Both the position numbers and the translations under genes were made by a program. Below are positions 12,787 to 25,228 of a stretch of 64,000 nucleotides of DNA, in pieces. Every line of letters begins with the position of its first letter. Position 1 is the stretch's first letter. This stretch comes from Blastocystis sp. subtype 4 (taxonomy: Eukaryota): the NCBI RefSeq assembly GCF_000743755.1, contig NW_014569546.1:1-64000 (forward strand). The letters run 5' to 3'. The notes beneath the pieces are model-generated. The model was given only the letters and a program-made list of their open reading frames with translations. It ran no database searches and was not told the origin of the DNA.

Positions 12787-13867
12787 CACCCTTTTTCGCT
12801 TGAGTTATTGACATTATTCATATCCTGACGCAACTTTGCTCGACAGAGGATGCAGCGATGATATCCTACAAATAACACACTCTATCGAATTCAACCATTT
12901 AGATATGACCGTTTCCGATAAGCAACACTTTGCTTCCATTCCACTCCATGCTCACATTTCCACCAAACCATCTTCTCGCTATTGGGAGAGATGGTATCAG
13001 GACTCATCGAACTATCATTCTTTTGAAAGTTCCAATCCTTTGCGATGGCTGGATACACTTTTGCTAGGCTAAGATCATTAAAACGACGGTGACTGCAATA
13101 AGGACAACCTATCATTTATTCTACCTTCAGAACTGACCCCAATGGAGTCGCACTCGGATATTCACAGGACATTCCCAGACATGCGACGGATGATCATCAC
13201 ATCTCCACCATACTTTCCCTGAATAGGAGGGAAGGACCTTGTCTGGAGTTAATGAACCATTCCTCTCCTGATCCCATTGTCGAGCAACATCGGGATACTT
13301 TGCAGCAAGACTGTTGGTTGAGCAGAGAACCGTTCCATTGCAATAAGGACAGTTCTGGTGACTGTAGGTACGATCATTCGGTGAAGCAAGATACTGGTGG
13401 GAAGGATCCTTTGGACACTGCCACCATACAAGTTTATTTGAACCAAAGGTGATTTGAGACGGTGTTAAACCTTCATTCTTTTCCATGCACCATTCCTTTG
13501 CCAGCTCTGGATATCGTGTTGCAAGAGAATTTGTGACCGAGACTCGTTTTCCTAGACAATACAAACAGGTAACTAGCAATGAAATGAACACTAAATATAT
13601 ACATTTATGATATTTATTATATGACTGTATCTTTTTCCCAAGTTCCGTCTCCCATACATGATCTGGACCTTTTGGACAAACCCATTTTACCATCTGTTTT
13701 GAACCAACGTAGGGTTTCTCAAAAAGTATAAGAGAGTCTTTATGAACATATTTATAGAGCTCAGGATACTTTTCCTTGAATCCATAGATATTAGCAAACC
13801 AGCGAACAGGTTGATGCTTTGGAATCATAGATATTGATTCCAGCAAGCCTTTGGATAGAGCGAACAT
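12787..13867 (-). CDS. Zinc-ribbon repeat protein (DUF4379-like)
   Basis: Repeats of SLA..YP..A.EW...KN..LTP.....S.K.VWW.C....H.W.......CPYC. Confidence 0.8.
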
Positions 13868-14000
13868 TGTTGAGGGCGTGAAACAATGGATGGGCTCCTC
13901 AAACAATCAGAAAGAGGTTGCGAATATAGAGAATGTAAATATGAGCTAGAACAATTGATTTCCAAGGTGCAATAGTCGATGATAAAAAGGCTAACCAGAT

Positions 14001-14073
14001 GCCTCAATAGCTCAGTCGGTAGAGCACTCGCTTAGTAAGCGAAAGGTCGGGAGTTCGATCCTCCCTTGAGGCT
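14001..14073 (+). tRNA. tRNA-Thr (anticodon AGT)
   Basis: Acceptor GCCTCAA/TTGAGGC, D arm GCTC/GAGC, anticodon loop TT-AGT-AA, T arm GGGAG-TTCGATC-CTCCC, followed by a T-run Pol III terminator. Confidence 0.97.
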
Positions 14074-14172
14074 TTTTGTTTTTAGCTCATATCTCAGTTC
14101 ATTCATTGTTGTGAATTGCAGATTTTGGTGTTCGATATTTTGGTTTATTGAATTCTGTTCTGGTCTTTAATC

Positions 14173-17100
14173 ATGCAACCGTAAGGGAGATGGAGTTCGA
14201 TTACATCCTAGGTATGTAGAGGATCAGATTTTTGCCTATACTCCAAGATCCAAGAGTCAGAGGATTCCTCGAACCATCTCTGTGGAAGTCCTCGATAATG
14301 TATTATTTGTAGAATCCTTTTACGAACTCGTTTAATTCTGTTGATTTGATGGCAGATGTGATTAATATTACTTCGGTAGGTGTGGGGATGGCGTATGAAT
14401 GTAAGGGTCTTCCTGAACCTTGTTTTCTTCCACTGGTTGAAGATGACCAAATTGAAGTATATATGAAAGATAACCGTATGTGTGTTGTGTCGTATCCCTC
14501 CTGTCCTTCGTTTGCTCCATCGCCGGAAGATGTATCGTGCTTTAAATTCGTTGCAGATGATATGGTGGCCTCTATGCGTGATGATGCGGAACGTTGTCTG
14601 GGGAAGGATATTTCTTCGTATTTAAATGATCGTTCTTTTGTTACAGATCGTATTCTTTCTGAGAAAGAGAAGGAAATGTATTAGCAGTAAACACATGATG
14701 AGTCTAGATGTTGTATCAAACTTCAGCGAATGGAATATGAAAAGCGGCGTGTAGAGGAAGAAAACAAGCTATTGGACCCCGCCTATGAGCAGAGTCTGTA
14801 TACTGAAGGATTATCAACTGAAGGTGAGCCAATGGTTGTTAAGTGTATCAATGTCATGTCATATCCTTGTTCTCATCCTTAGGACTGTCTATCCAGCCAC
14901 TTCCATGATCTCTTAACTCCACAGTCTATTGCTTCTGAAGGATTTACCTTGAGTAAACCCAGTCGTGATCACCTCAATCTCACTACTTCGCCTAGTGTAC
15001 ATTCAGCTTTGAGTTCTCTCCCTGATGAGTTGCCTAACGACAGTCTTGCTGAGTCAGATTTGTTGCAACCTTATATAGATATTCTCAATGACCGTGCTTC
15101 TTCTTCGGTGAGTCAGCATCCTAAGTCTCTCCCTGAACCATCTCATACGACCCATTCTGTGAAGGTAACTATTATGAGGTCGTATCAATGCTAGCTCTTA
15201 CCATCACCCAAAGGATCAATACTAGTGTATTTGTTTTCCAAAGCAAAGGAATCCGAGAGGAAACATCAGAATCAACTGTGAATTCTTATAGTCAATTGTT
15301 ATCCATAGTCCTCATCTCTCTTTTACCTCCTCTCATTATCAAGAGACACTTCCTCATCGTCGCCGTGTTTCTTCAGCCTCCTCCCTCACTTCATTGGATT
15401 CGCGTGCTTTTTCATTCTCTTCTTTACCATCGGATTCCCCTCGTTCTAATGAACAAGGTGAATTTCTGGTGTTACTCCAGGAAATGACAAAGTTTTCAAA
15501 TGGTGTTCAACGTGTGAACGAGCTTACCCGTCAGGCTCGTGATTACAGTCGTACACAACAGTCTATTCGTCGAAGTCGACGTGGTATTACTGGGTCGGAC
15601 TGTATTTGGCAGAATGCTAAGGACTACCTATCCACAGTTACTTCGATGCCAGCTCAAGAGGCACCTGGATTGTATCGTCCAATGATGAGTATGCGTTTAA
15701 GCTATTATCCTAATACTTGTTCTTCTTCTCTGGATGATCCTCTTTCCTCTGGTGATGAGGCCTCCATTCAGATGTCGGATATTCCAACCTCCTTATCATC
15801 TGAAGTCACGATTCGTGCTCCTCGTTTGCGAACTGGAGTACGACCCACAGCAGAGCGAGGGCCTTTCCCTACGATTAATCTTACAACCACTCCATTGAAT
15901 TCTTCTCTTAAGAATGCTCTTCCTCCTGTGGACAATCATCCAAGTGTATCTGTGGCCGTAACAACCACATCTCTTGAGTCGGACGCGACTGGACCCTCTT
16001 CAGTTCCATCTCAACCCTTGCAGACCCCTTCTCAATCGTTGTCTGCTCGCTCACAACCTCTATCTCAACCTGTCTCAGTCCTATCTCAACCGGTATCAAC
16101 TTCCTTCCAGCCTGTCTCAACTCCGTCACGACCTTTCTCATCATCTCGATCTTATTCACGTCCTGGATCCTCCTCAAGTGCTTCTTCACATCCTGCCTCA
16201 TCTGAAGCATCGTTGAACAATATACCTATGGGACCGCCTAGTCATCGTCTGGTAGAGCCTCCTAAAGGATCCTTCATGTCCATATCTGCCAAATCTCTTG
16301 CTAATGCTATGAATTCCGTTCCTCATGCTCGAGCGCGTGCAACGGATGTCACACTCCAAAAGAAAAAACGGGAGGCTTATCTTTCTGGATCTATTCTCCA
16401 GGGAGAGCGTCGAACGACGATGTTCATGACAGATTCGCCATCTCAGGCAAGTGATGATCATGATTCGATTCTTTCAAATGATGTACTTCCTCCAGTGCAT
16501 GAAGAAATCCCATCATCTATTGAACACATCCAAATTCGCAACAGTGTTCAACCTGAATCCTCACAGCCTCCATTGGTCGTAAGTTCTGCTCTGTCTCGAA
16601 GTCGACGTAGTATAAAGGCATCTCAGTCCTTTACTCTTCCTGAGAATATCGAAGTATCATCATCTGTTGTCCCGACAAATCCTCAGCCAGAGGGAAGTCA
16701 TAGTGATGTGACGCGTGTATCGATTTTGGTGAGGAAAGACCATGAGATTATTCCAGAAACTCGTGAGTCTTCTGAATTCCGTGATTCGTTGGATGCTGCA
16801 AGTACAGCTGCTCTGGAAGAATTATTTGTGGGAGATGACCTTGAGAAGTCGATTAGTAAAATGTAACGTTGTTTGTTGGAGATTGCTTCGTTTGTCAAGT
16901 AGACTCCGAATCACAAATGAATCGTAACTTGAGAGTCAATTCATTCTCTCGAGATCAATTTGAAGTTATTGTGGAGCTGCTAAAGCGAATCTACACAGAA
17001 GAGATTAATCTAAAGGGAAGAATCAAGATTCTAGAACAACATATTTTATTTTCCAAGGTTGTTGATTCCATTTCTCCAATACCAGATGAAGATGATGACA

Positions 17101-17621
17101 GTACTATGCGAACAGTATGGATTCAGTTAGTGTACATTTCATAGAAAATGCATTCTTCAGAGTTATTAGAGATATCTGTGAATTGTTGACATCGATTGAT
17201 ATGTAGTCTGCAAAAAATGACCTTCCAAGGGATACAGTAGCCCAAGTTATCCACGATCATTCATCTTTACAGGTGGCTGTTCGACGATTAAACCAATTAC
17301 TGGACGAGATGCGAGATGTTCGAGATGAGTTTGTCAACACCTATTCTCTTCTTCAAAAACGACTCGATGAATTGGAAACCATAACAACTCAATTCTATGA
17401 AAACCTACTGAGCTCTTCGAGTCGCTCCGTACAATGCTCTCGATAAGGCTTATTCTATAGAGAGCGAGTTCGTTTGTCCATACATTACCGGTGACAAAAC
17501 AAGAACAGAGCATAGTGGAGAAACAGCAGCGAGATAACATGATGTAGGAATCGTTCTGTAGCTAAATGGAACTAGACTGCATAGTCTCGATAGTAAAGAT
17601 TCTAACTCATCCGAAAGGTGA
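14173..17621 (+). CDS. Large hypothetical Ser/Pro-rich protein with C-terminal coiled coil
   Basis: Exons 14346, 14949, 15394-16866 and 16869 linked by short introns; end approximate. Confidence 0.5.
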
Positions 17622-17753
17622 TAGTGAAATTGTTTTGAAGATTTCTTTGTTCGTAGGTACATGAGAGAATGAAAAAACACAACCATAGGAAGAGAATTGA
17701 TAAACATGAGAACCACTATACACTGTCACTTGCCTTAACATATTGTTGTCGAA

Positions 17754-18480
17754 ATGAGTCAATACGGATCTGTAGAATACTGGAATGAGCGTTATTCAAA
17801 GTTGGAGTCAGGCTTTTTTATTCCCTTGTAGAGAAGATACAGCATATGAGTGGTACATGCAGTATGCTGCTTTAAAAGATACATTATCATCTCGTATAAA
17901 GAAGGAAGACAAGATCTTAGTGATTGGATGTGGTGATTCTAGTTGGTTTTGTGGCTCTAGATAATCATTAGATCTTTCAGAGGATTTGTATCGCGATGGA
18001 TACGGAAGCATCACGAGTTGTGACTATAGCAACGTGGTGATAACCAAGATGAAAGAGAAGTGTTCTGAAAAGACTGGGTTGAAGTGTATGCAAGAGAATT
18101 CTTAATTTATGGGTAGGGGATGTTGAGGATGTACATCACCTGTCTTATCCAGATGAGAGTTTTGATGTTGTGATCGATAAGGGTACTCTAGATGCAGTAA
18201 TTTGTGGAGATGAGAGTGTATGTGATCCTGACAAAGTTGTCTCGGAAGTCGATCGTGTGTTATCAAAGAATGGAATGTTTGTGTGTATTACGTTTGGAAT
18301 GCCTGAGAATCGTATGGACTATTTGCAGAAACCGACACTTCACTGGAAAGTAACTCATATTTCCATTCGTAACCTTTCATTCTTGTACTGACCAATAGCG
18401 AAACAAGTAGTTTCTTCGCAGGCATCTCGAGCAGGAGCTGATTACTGCCATCACATGTACATTTGTCACAAGTCTGAATA
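17754..18480 (+). CDS. SAM-dependent methyltransferase, EEF1AKMT4/METTL13-N-like
   Basis: YGSVEYWNERY, YEWY, ILVIGCG, FDVVIDKGTLDA motifs; ends GAA TA + inferred poly(A). Confidence 0.88.
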
Positions 18481-18501
18481 CGTGTGTTTGTTAAACAGAG
18501 T

Positions 18502-19978
18502 AAAATATATTACATTTCACAGAGAAGGCTGTAGAGAGAAGTGCTAAAATACGAACCACCGAGAAGAGTGAATTCTTTAAGAGAATTCCATGAGCCTTTA
18601 GTTTACAGAGATCCTTCGCAGTCGAGTAAACCAGAGTCACATTAGCGACATTAATAGCCGTCACATGTTCAAAGCAGTTTCCTCCAATAAATAGTACCCG
18701 CTTCTCATGTTTCCTACGAATCATGATCCTTATGCACCATCACCCTTTCAATATCTTACAGATACCATAGTACTGACTGGGATGAACTGTAAGACCCAAG
18801 ACAGTTTCATTACTCTTCATAAACGAGCAAACCACTCCTTCCACAGTATCCATATCTTGACAAGACACATTCGTATAGCCATTCTTTGGCATCCACATTG
18901 CCCGCTACAAATTACATCCATCTATCTTGTCTACATCATAGCAAACATCCATATCCCGACAAAGAATCACATGAATCCCGTGAAGACAGAACTGACTGAT
19001 ACACTCCTCTGTAATTCCCTCACATCCATAGGAAAGTGAGATGACAATGTAGTTAAGTTTACATAAAGACAGCAAACGCTATACAGAAGGATTTACGATT
19101 AAAAATACATCTATATCAATAGGATAGCAATCGAGAGAACACAAGCTCTGTACGAGTCGATCTCCATCTTTCAGAACAAATGGATACTTGACAGTATTAT
19201 TCTATTTATAAATACACTGTTTATATCCAACTGCAGGCTGATTTCCCTCTTCTTCCCCTTTCTTCTGTGATTGACAATACAATGTCGCCGAGCCTATCTT
19301 AATCACAATCCCGAAAAAAAGCCCATCCAATATAGTACAGTGAGCTGGTGCCACATTACTACTTCTCCTATCGATAACCAGAGTTACTCATATCTACAAT
19401 GGATTGAGATCACTTGGTTGTTCTTGTAAATCCTTTAAATCGTGTGGAATATTGGTAATTGATGAGATATCGATAACAGCTCCTGGAGAGCAAACGACAA
19501 TACGTACATCGGCACTTAGAATGTCACCTGCTGAAGCAAACAAAATATCTCCAATAACTAAATCTGTTGAAGCAATTCTGATATACCGCTTGTCACGAAT
19601 CACAAGGCTAGTATGTGCAACACGCTTCCGGATATCTAGCCACCATTGCTCTTGACATTCTTGTAACTTGGATGTGAAGAGAGCAACATTTCTAGGAAAG
19701 CCAGGAAAATCATCCAAAGCGGTTGGAACCTCCTTCTTCTTTGCTTTAGCAGACACAGACGTCAGTCCTGCTCGAAGATTCACACACAAATATCCAGCCA
19801 ACTTGTACAATGGAATAAGATGTTGATTATATTCCATCTTCGCATACTTTTCCTTTGAAAGTGCAGGATTCTCAACATCTGAATATTCAGCTCCTTCCAT
19901 ATACAAATCCCATTTTTCAGAAGCATCTCTCGCGACAGCTAATAGGCATCCCTCGAGAATCTTCTTCGTTGAGATCAT
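18502..19978 (-). CDS. Degenerate soluble P-type ATPase-like protein (N-terminal, actuator and HAD-like segments; no TM domain, no DKTGT)
   Basis: SLVIRDK..I..DLVIGDI...GD.LSADVRIV, GIVIKIG, GIHVIL, RVLFIGG..A..VANV; frame stays open over five 30-nt introns (~440 aa). Confidence 0.7.
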
Positions 19979-20290
19979 TTTGTACTTTGAAAAGAATTCC
20001 AGAAATTTCTCTGATTTTGTTCATTTCGTGTATCTCTAGAAGAACACATAATAAGAGGTAGTTGATGGTTGTGATCAGTATGTATGAATATAAAAGGTCA
20101 TTGCCAGAGAAAAATGGACAGTACATTGTGCTCAGTTTGTCGATACATCCACTTAATTCTACTAGTGATATCTATTTATTTAATACATCTGCTGGTAGAC
20201 CTGAAAAACCGTTCCCTTCGGATTCCACGGTTTCCCTATTTCATGAAATAGAATCATTTTGTCCCTAGGGTCTTTCTGGTTTATCAAATA

Positions 20291-20767
20291 ATGTCTGGCG
20301 CCGGATATTCGGGAATTGAAAAGCTGAAGAAGGCTGAAGAAGAGGCTGCTGCGATTGAGCAAGAGGCAAAGCAAAGTAGGTCGGAATCATGGTGATTGAG
20401 AGTAACTCTAACGGTGTATCTAGTGAGAATGTCTGCAATGTCTGAAGCCCGTGTGAAAGCCAAGGAAGAGATTGATTCGTATCGCGCAGAGTTGGAAGCT
20501 GCCTTTCAACAGAAGAAGGAAGCGGTATTGATTTGAGAAAGAGAGATTGATTGGATAGGCCACAGGAGCCGGATCGAAGAAGGAGGTCGAGGAACTTAGC
20601 GCTGAGACGGATAAGCAAATTGAGGCTCTTAAGTATGTTGGAATATTGGGTTTTTATTTTGTAGCAAGGACTATGAAGAGAACTACGAGAAGATGATGAA
20701 TCTGATTGTGGATTCTGTTCTGAATGTGAATCCTCGTATTTCCGATAAGAAGAAGCGAGCGCACTAA
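20291..20767 (+). CDS. VMA10: V-type ATPase subunit G
   Basis: GIEKLKKAEEEAAAIEQEAK...EARVKAKEEIDSYRAELEAAF; three introns. Confidence 0.85.
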
Positions 20768-20853
20768 TTTATTGTTTAATGCTGTAGCATTTTTGTTTTC
20801 CACACCTTCTTTTTTGTTGACTTTTCGTTTTTATAGAGGGATTTGTACGATTC

Positions 20854-21681
20854 ATGAAGGTTTGAGGTTTTGGGTTGTCTTTAGTGGGATGTAGGCGAGA
20901 GATGTGTCTGAGAATGAAGCAACATGTGTATCAGACTATATTGATGGAATGAGTCTAGCTTCTTTCTCCAAATGGGTCCAAGACTCTCTACCTAAGGGAA
21001 CCAATGTGGAGGAAACGAGAGTACTTGATTTTAAATACATGAAACTCTAGTTCATAACCTTGCTCTCTGACAAGATATTACGTTTTCTTCTTACTAAGCA
21101 TCTATCGATGAATCCTATGGACGAGAATGCAGTGATTTCTAAGTTATCAAGACGTATCAGCGACAGTATTGACTTTCTCATATCAATCTTCTATGTAAAG
21201 CGTGAAGTTGTACAAGGCTTAACGACTCTATCGTGGCGCGGGATTGCTGGGATAAGTGACTCATTGCAATCTTTAACCCCAGAGGAGGAGGAACTCCAGA
21301 GAACAGGTGATTTGGTATGAAAGGATATTGCCGATCATATAAAGAGTCGCATGGAGCGGTACAAAAAGAACTGTGAGTCTTTGGAAGAAGCAATCAAGAA
21401 AGAAGAAATCTATGTAGGTTCTTGCCATTTGATGATTATTGGTGTAGGATTTAATTCTCCAGAATAGTCTGAAAATGGGATCGTCTCTTTCAGCCTCTGC
21501 AAGAAGCGAAGGTGATTTGCAGACTATTCCTTTTGTTGTTCTGTCTACAGACGTGGCTGCAGATCTGTTGTGCGAAGTAACTCCAGATAACAAGCACATT
21601 TTCTTTGAAAGTTCGATGCCAATGAACTTATATACTGATTGTGAAGTGTTGTATGCTTTAGCTTGTTCCATCAACAAGTGA
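20854..21681 (+). CDS. E2F dimerisation partner (DP)-like transcription factor
   Basis: Winged-helix-like RRISDSIDFL..L.WRG; DP C-terminal IPFVVLST...CEV..D..HIFF......YTDCEVL. Confidence 0.7.
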
Positions 21682-21789
21682 TTTGTTTGTTGGAGTTTGA
21701 TTTGAACGATGATAATTCCCGCGGTTTGAGTCGATTGTTTTGCGAAACAGTTTTCTGTCTCTGTTTTCTTGTAATAAGTTCTTTATCCT

Positions 21790-22880
21790 ATGGCTGACCC
21801 TTCAGCATATAATCAAGTTACAAAGATCAATCCTCAGCTTGCTGGTGCTCTGTATCAATATGTTGGATGAATTGAATGGAACTGATTTCTTAGAATGTTT
21901 TAAGTAATGCAAAACCATCAACGGAGGTAGATGTTGGTGTGTTGTTGAGTTGTCAATTGTAGCCTATGCTTCTCCAGCAAAATGCATTCCAGGAGCAGAT
22001 CAGTCGAACGGTATATGTTGGAAATCTTCATCCTTCGGTCTGAGTTCATTTTCTCATTTATCTATAGATTGTTGAAGATCAGATCATTAAAGTATTTGGA
22101 ACGTGTGGAGTAATTAATTTGGCCAAAATCGCTACCGAAGGAATGGGTTTAAAGGCTGATGCAGGTTTGATTGTAGATGTCTCGTTACCATTAGGAACTC
22201 GATTTGGCTTTGTAGAGTTTCAGACACGTCAAGGAGCCGATGCTGCAACGAAGTTGGATGGTATCCTTTTAGGTGGTCGTCCAATTCGTGTTGGCCCCTC
22301 CAACGGTCCCATTATTCAGCCAACTGCCTATGGTCCAGGTGCTGCTACAATGCGTAATCGCCCTCCTTTGTACAAAGTATCAGCTGTAAGAAATGATAAT
22401 AAGAATGAAAATTAGGGAGGGTTTGTTATTTTAGATGAGAAGGCTGAGGAATCCATTAATAAGCGAATTGAGGCTCGCGTTGGTATTTGAGGGGATTTTC
22501 ATGAATAGATGGGATCTGTATTGGAGCGACTGCAGAAGAAATTGGCAAATAAACCGGCTGAGTCTTTGTCATCTGTAGCTTCGGATCCGCGTGAGTCCTG
22601 GTCTGATCCTCGTGGTCCACGTTCTGCCCCACGCGATGTGCGTCCTGAACAACATGAATCACGTCCTGATCAACGAGAGGAATACAAATCGAGTGAAACT
22701 CGCCCTACGAGTCGCTCGCAAAGAGATGATAGAAGAGAAGTTAGCAGAAGTAGCACGCATCGAAGCCGACGAGATTCAAACTCTCGTTCTCGTTCTCGTT
22801 CACATCATTCACATCGTCATCATCGTGACCGAAGTTCCAGTCGAAGTTACCGCAGTTCTTCCAGACATCATAGGCACTAA
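21790..22880 (+). CDS. RRM plus RS-rich splicing factor (SRSF11/SREK1-like)
   Basis: RTVYVGNL, RFGFVEF, LLGGRPIRV; C-terminal RS/H-rich tail. Confidence 0.8.
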
Positions 22881-22995
22881 ACTGAGGTCATTGGATATTG
22901 TGTTTGTTGGATCACTGAACATCACTTCATAATAATCAATACCTTCAAATTACTGGTGCTCCATTCTCAAGAAAACCCAACTACACTGGTTGAAT

Positions 22996-23505
22996 ATGTC
23001 TGAGGCTGCTGTTACGATTCGTGTGAGAAAGTTTATGAGAAATCCTCTGCTGAAGCGTCGTCAGATGGTTGATTCCTCCTAGCCTGGCCTAAACTCTAGA
23101 CGATTGAGGTTATTCATCCCAAGCGTGCTTCTGTGTCAAAGGATGAGCTCAAGGCTTCTCTGGCTAAGAAGTACAATGTTGCTGACGATAAGTGCATCAT
23201 TCTCTTCGGTTTCCAGATTGCCTTTGGTAAAGGATTGACGTCAGATGATTATAGAATAGGAGGTGGTAGATCAACTGGATTTGCTCTCATCTACGACAGC
23301 ATCAATGACGTGAAGAAGTTTGAGGCTAAGTACCGTCTGGCTAGAGTATATTCGCATTTGAAAGGTCATTGGGTAGTTTGGAATCCAGGAGTATCCTCGT
23401 CAGGGAAGAAAGATGCTCAAGGAAAAGAAGAATCACCAGAAGAAGATCTGGGGTACTGGTCGTCGTGCGGCTCTCCATAAGGCTAAGAAGGCTCAGGATG
23501 ATTAA
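22996..23505 (+). CDS. RPS24: 40S ribosomal protein S24
   Basis: VTIRVRKFMRNPLLKRRQM, FGGGRSTGFALIYD. Confidence 0.97.
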
Positions 23506-23570
23506 ACTAATCACAGATATCTTAATCGGTGTGGTTTCATCCTTTGTTTGATAAATAACACAAATTCACA

Positions 23571-25081
23571 ATGCCATCTCTCATTCAATCGCTGAAGGAT
23601 CAGAAACGAAGGTTGACACAAAGGATGAAACACGCAGCAGGTAAGGTACTCAGGAGGAGTATCTGATTGTAGGTAAGTCCACATTACCACCTGATGATGC
23701 CCTTGAAAAGCGGTATAAACAGTTCAATGAATTGAAGCGGAGTTTGAGTGCTTTAGTGGATCAGTGTAAGAATCTGGTGAAGAATGTGAATACATGGAGT
23801 GAAACCAATCGAAAATTGGGTAAAGAAATGTATACGTTCGTCAATACTTCAACCTCGATCGATTCGATGATCATGAAGGAATATAAGGAAAGTGTTGTCG
23901 ACCTCCATGATGTGTTTCAAAAGGAATATGATGAGACAAGACGAGCTATCACTGTCATCTTACGTGTTAGAGTTATTGCCAGAATCGAATCCTTACTAAA
24001 ATCAGGGACAAGTAATATCGACTCTATATGGAAAGTCAGGAAGAACATTATGTTGGATTATGAATCGCATGTTCAAAAGGCTAGTTTGTATGAGCAAAAA
24101 GGGGAAAAATCACAGGCTAATTATTTTCGTCAAAAAGCAGCTCATGACAAAGGGATGTTCAAAGAGCATACCTCCTTTTTATCTGGTGTATTTGACACCT
24201 TTATTGACTCTGGATCTCGTTTATTGATGCTTGAGACTTCAACACTTGTAACTTGTGAAATGTATATGGTGAAACGTCAGTATGATGCTCTTGCTGCGAT
24301 TGGCAACAACATTGGTGAAGATATTATTTCAGCCATAATGGATGAGTTGGAAGATGTGATTGGGCGAATTCGTCGGGGTGAAGACGTTGAAAAGTCATAT
24401 GTACCTCCTTCTCTTCCCTTTTCGCTTCCTTCGATGGAAACAGCTCCCAAGTATGTCCCATTCCATGAGTATGTTAAGAAGGAGAATGTCGATATATCCA
24501 AGCCAATAGCGGTAGAAGCATTATCTGATGGAGAAGAATCTGTTGTTTCATCGGTTCCTGAAGATCATGATTTCTCTCCTTCGCTATCTCCCTCTGCAGC
24601 TCCGACTACATCCTCACCTATGTATCCTATGTGGTTTGAAAGTGATGCATCTAATTCTTTTGAATGGGCCAATGAACAAGAGGTGGATGAAGATAGTTTG
24701 GGTGAAGAAGAAGAGGTGGAAGAAGACGAGGAAGACGAGGAGGAGGAAGACGAGGAGGAGGAAGACGAGGAGGAGGAAGACGAAGAAGAAGAAGACGAGG
24801 AAGACGAGGAAGAAGAAGAGGAGGTGGAAGAAAAGGAGGAAGACGAAGAAGAAGACGAAGAAGAGGAGGAAGAAGATGGCAACGAAGAAACTACATACAA
24901 ACACAGTATACATAAAGTAATAGCCAAAAACACATTCCATGGAGACGAAGAAGGAGATTTACCTTTCCGAAAAGGAGATATTATCACTGTTCTTCAGACC
25001 CATCCCTCAGGATGGTGGACTGGAAGACTTCATGGTCACATTGGCATCTTCCCTGTCACATATGTTAAACGATATTCATAA
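23571..25081 (+). CDS. BAR-like helical domain, acidic linker and C-terminal SH3 domain protein
   Basis: SH3 DLPFRKGDII.VL...SGWWTG...G.FP.TYV; N-terminal helical region with LDYE. Confidence 0.8.
24704..24877 (+). repeat. GAA/GAG/GAC low-complexity coding repeat (poly-E/D)
   Basis: Repeated gaagacgaggaggag-type units encoding EEEDEEEED. Confidence 0.9.
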
Positions 25082-25228
25082 TTGAAACTGGTTTCAATGT
25101 TTGATTATGGACGAACCGATGTACACGGGAATCAAATGAATAGAGCACAACATCTTGTTTCGTTTTCACTTTGGATTATTCTATAACCATTGATTCTCCG
25201 CTTTTGATAATCATCTCTACTACTAACA

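Noticed and set aside
21315..21344. In-frame TGA in the DP gene suggesting readthrough or selenocysteine
   Set aside because: It lies within a normal 30-nt GT-AG intron
24528..24987. Poly-Ser, poly-Phe and K/R-rich ORFs in other frames
   Set aside because: Shadow frames of the acidic GAA/GAG coding repeat
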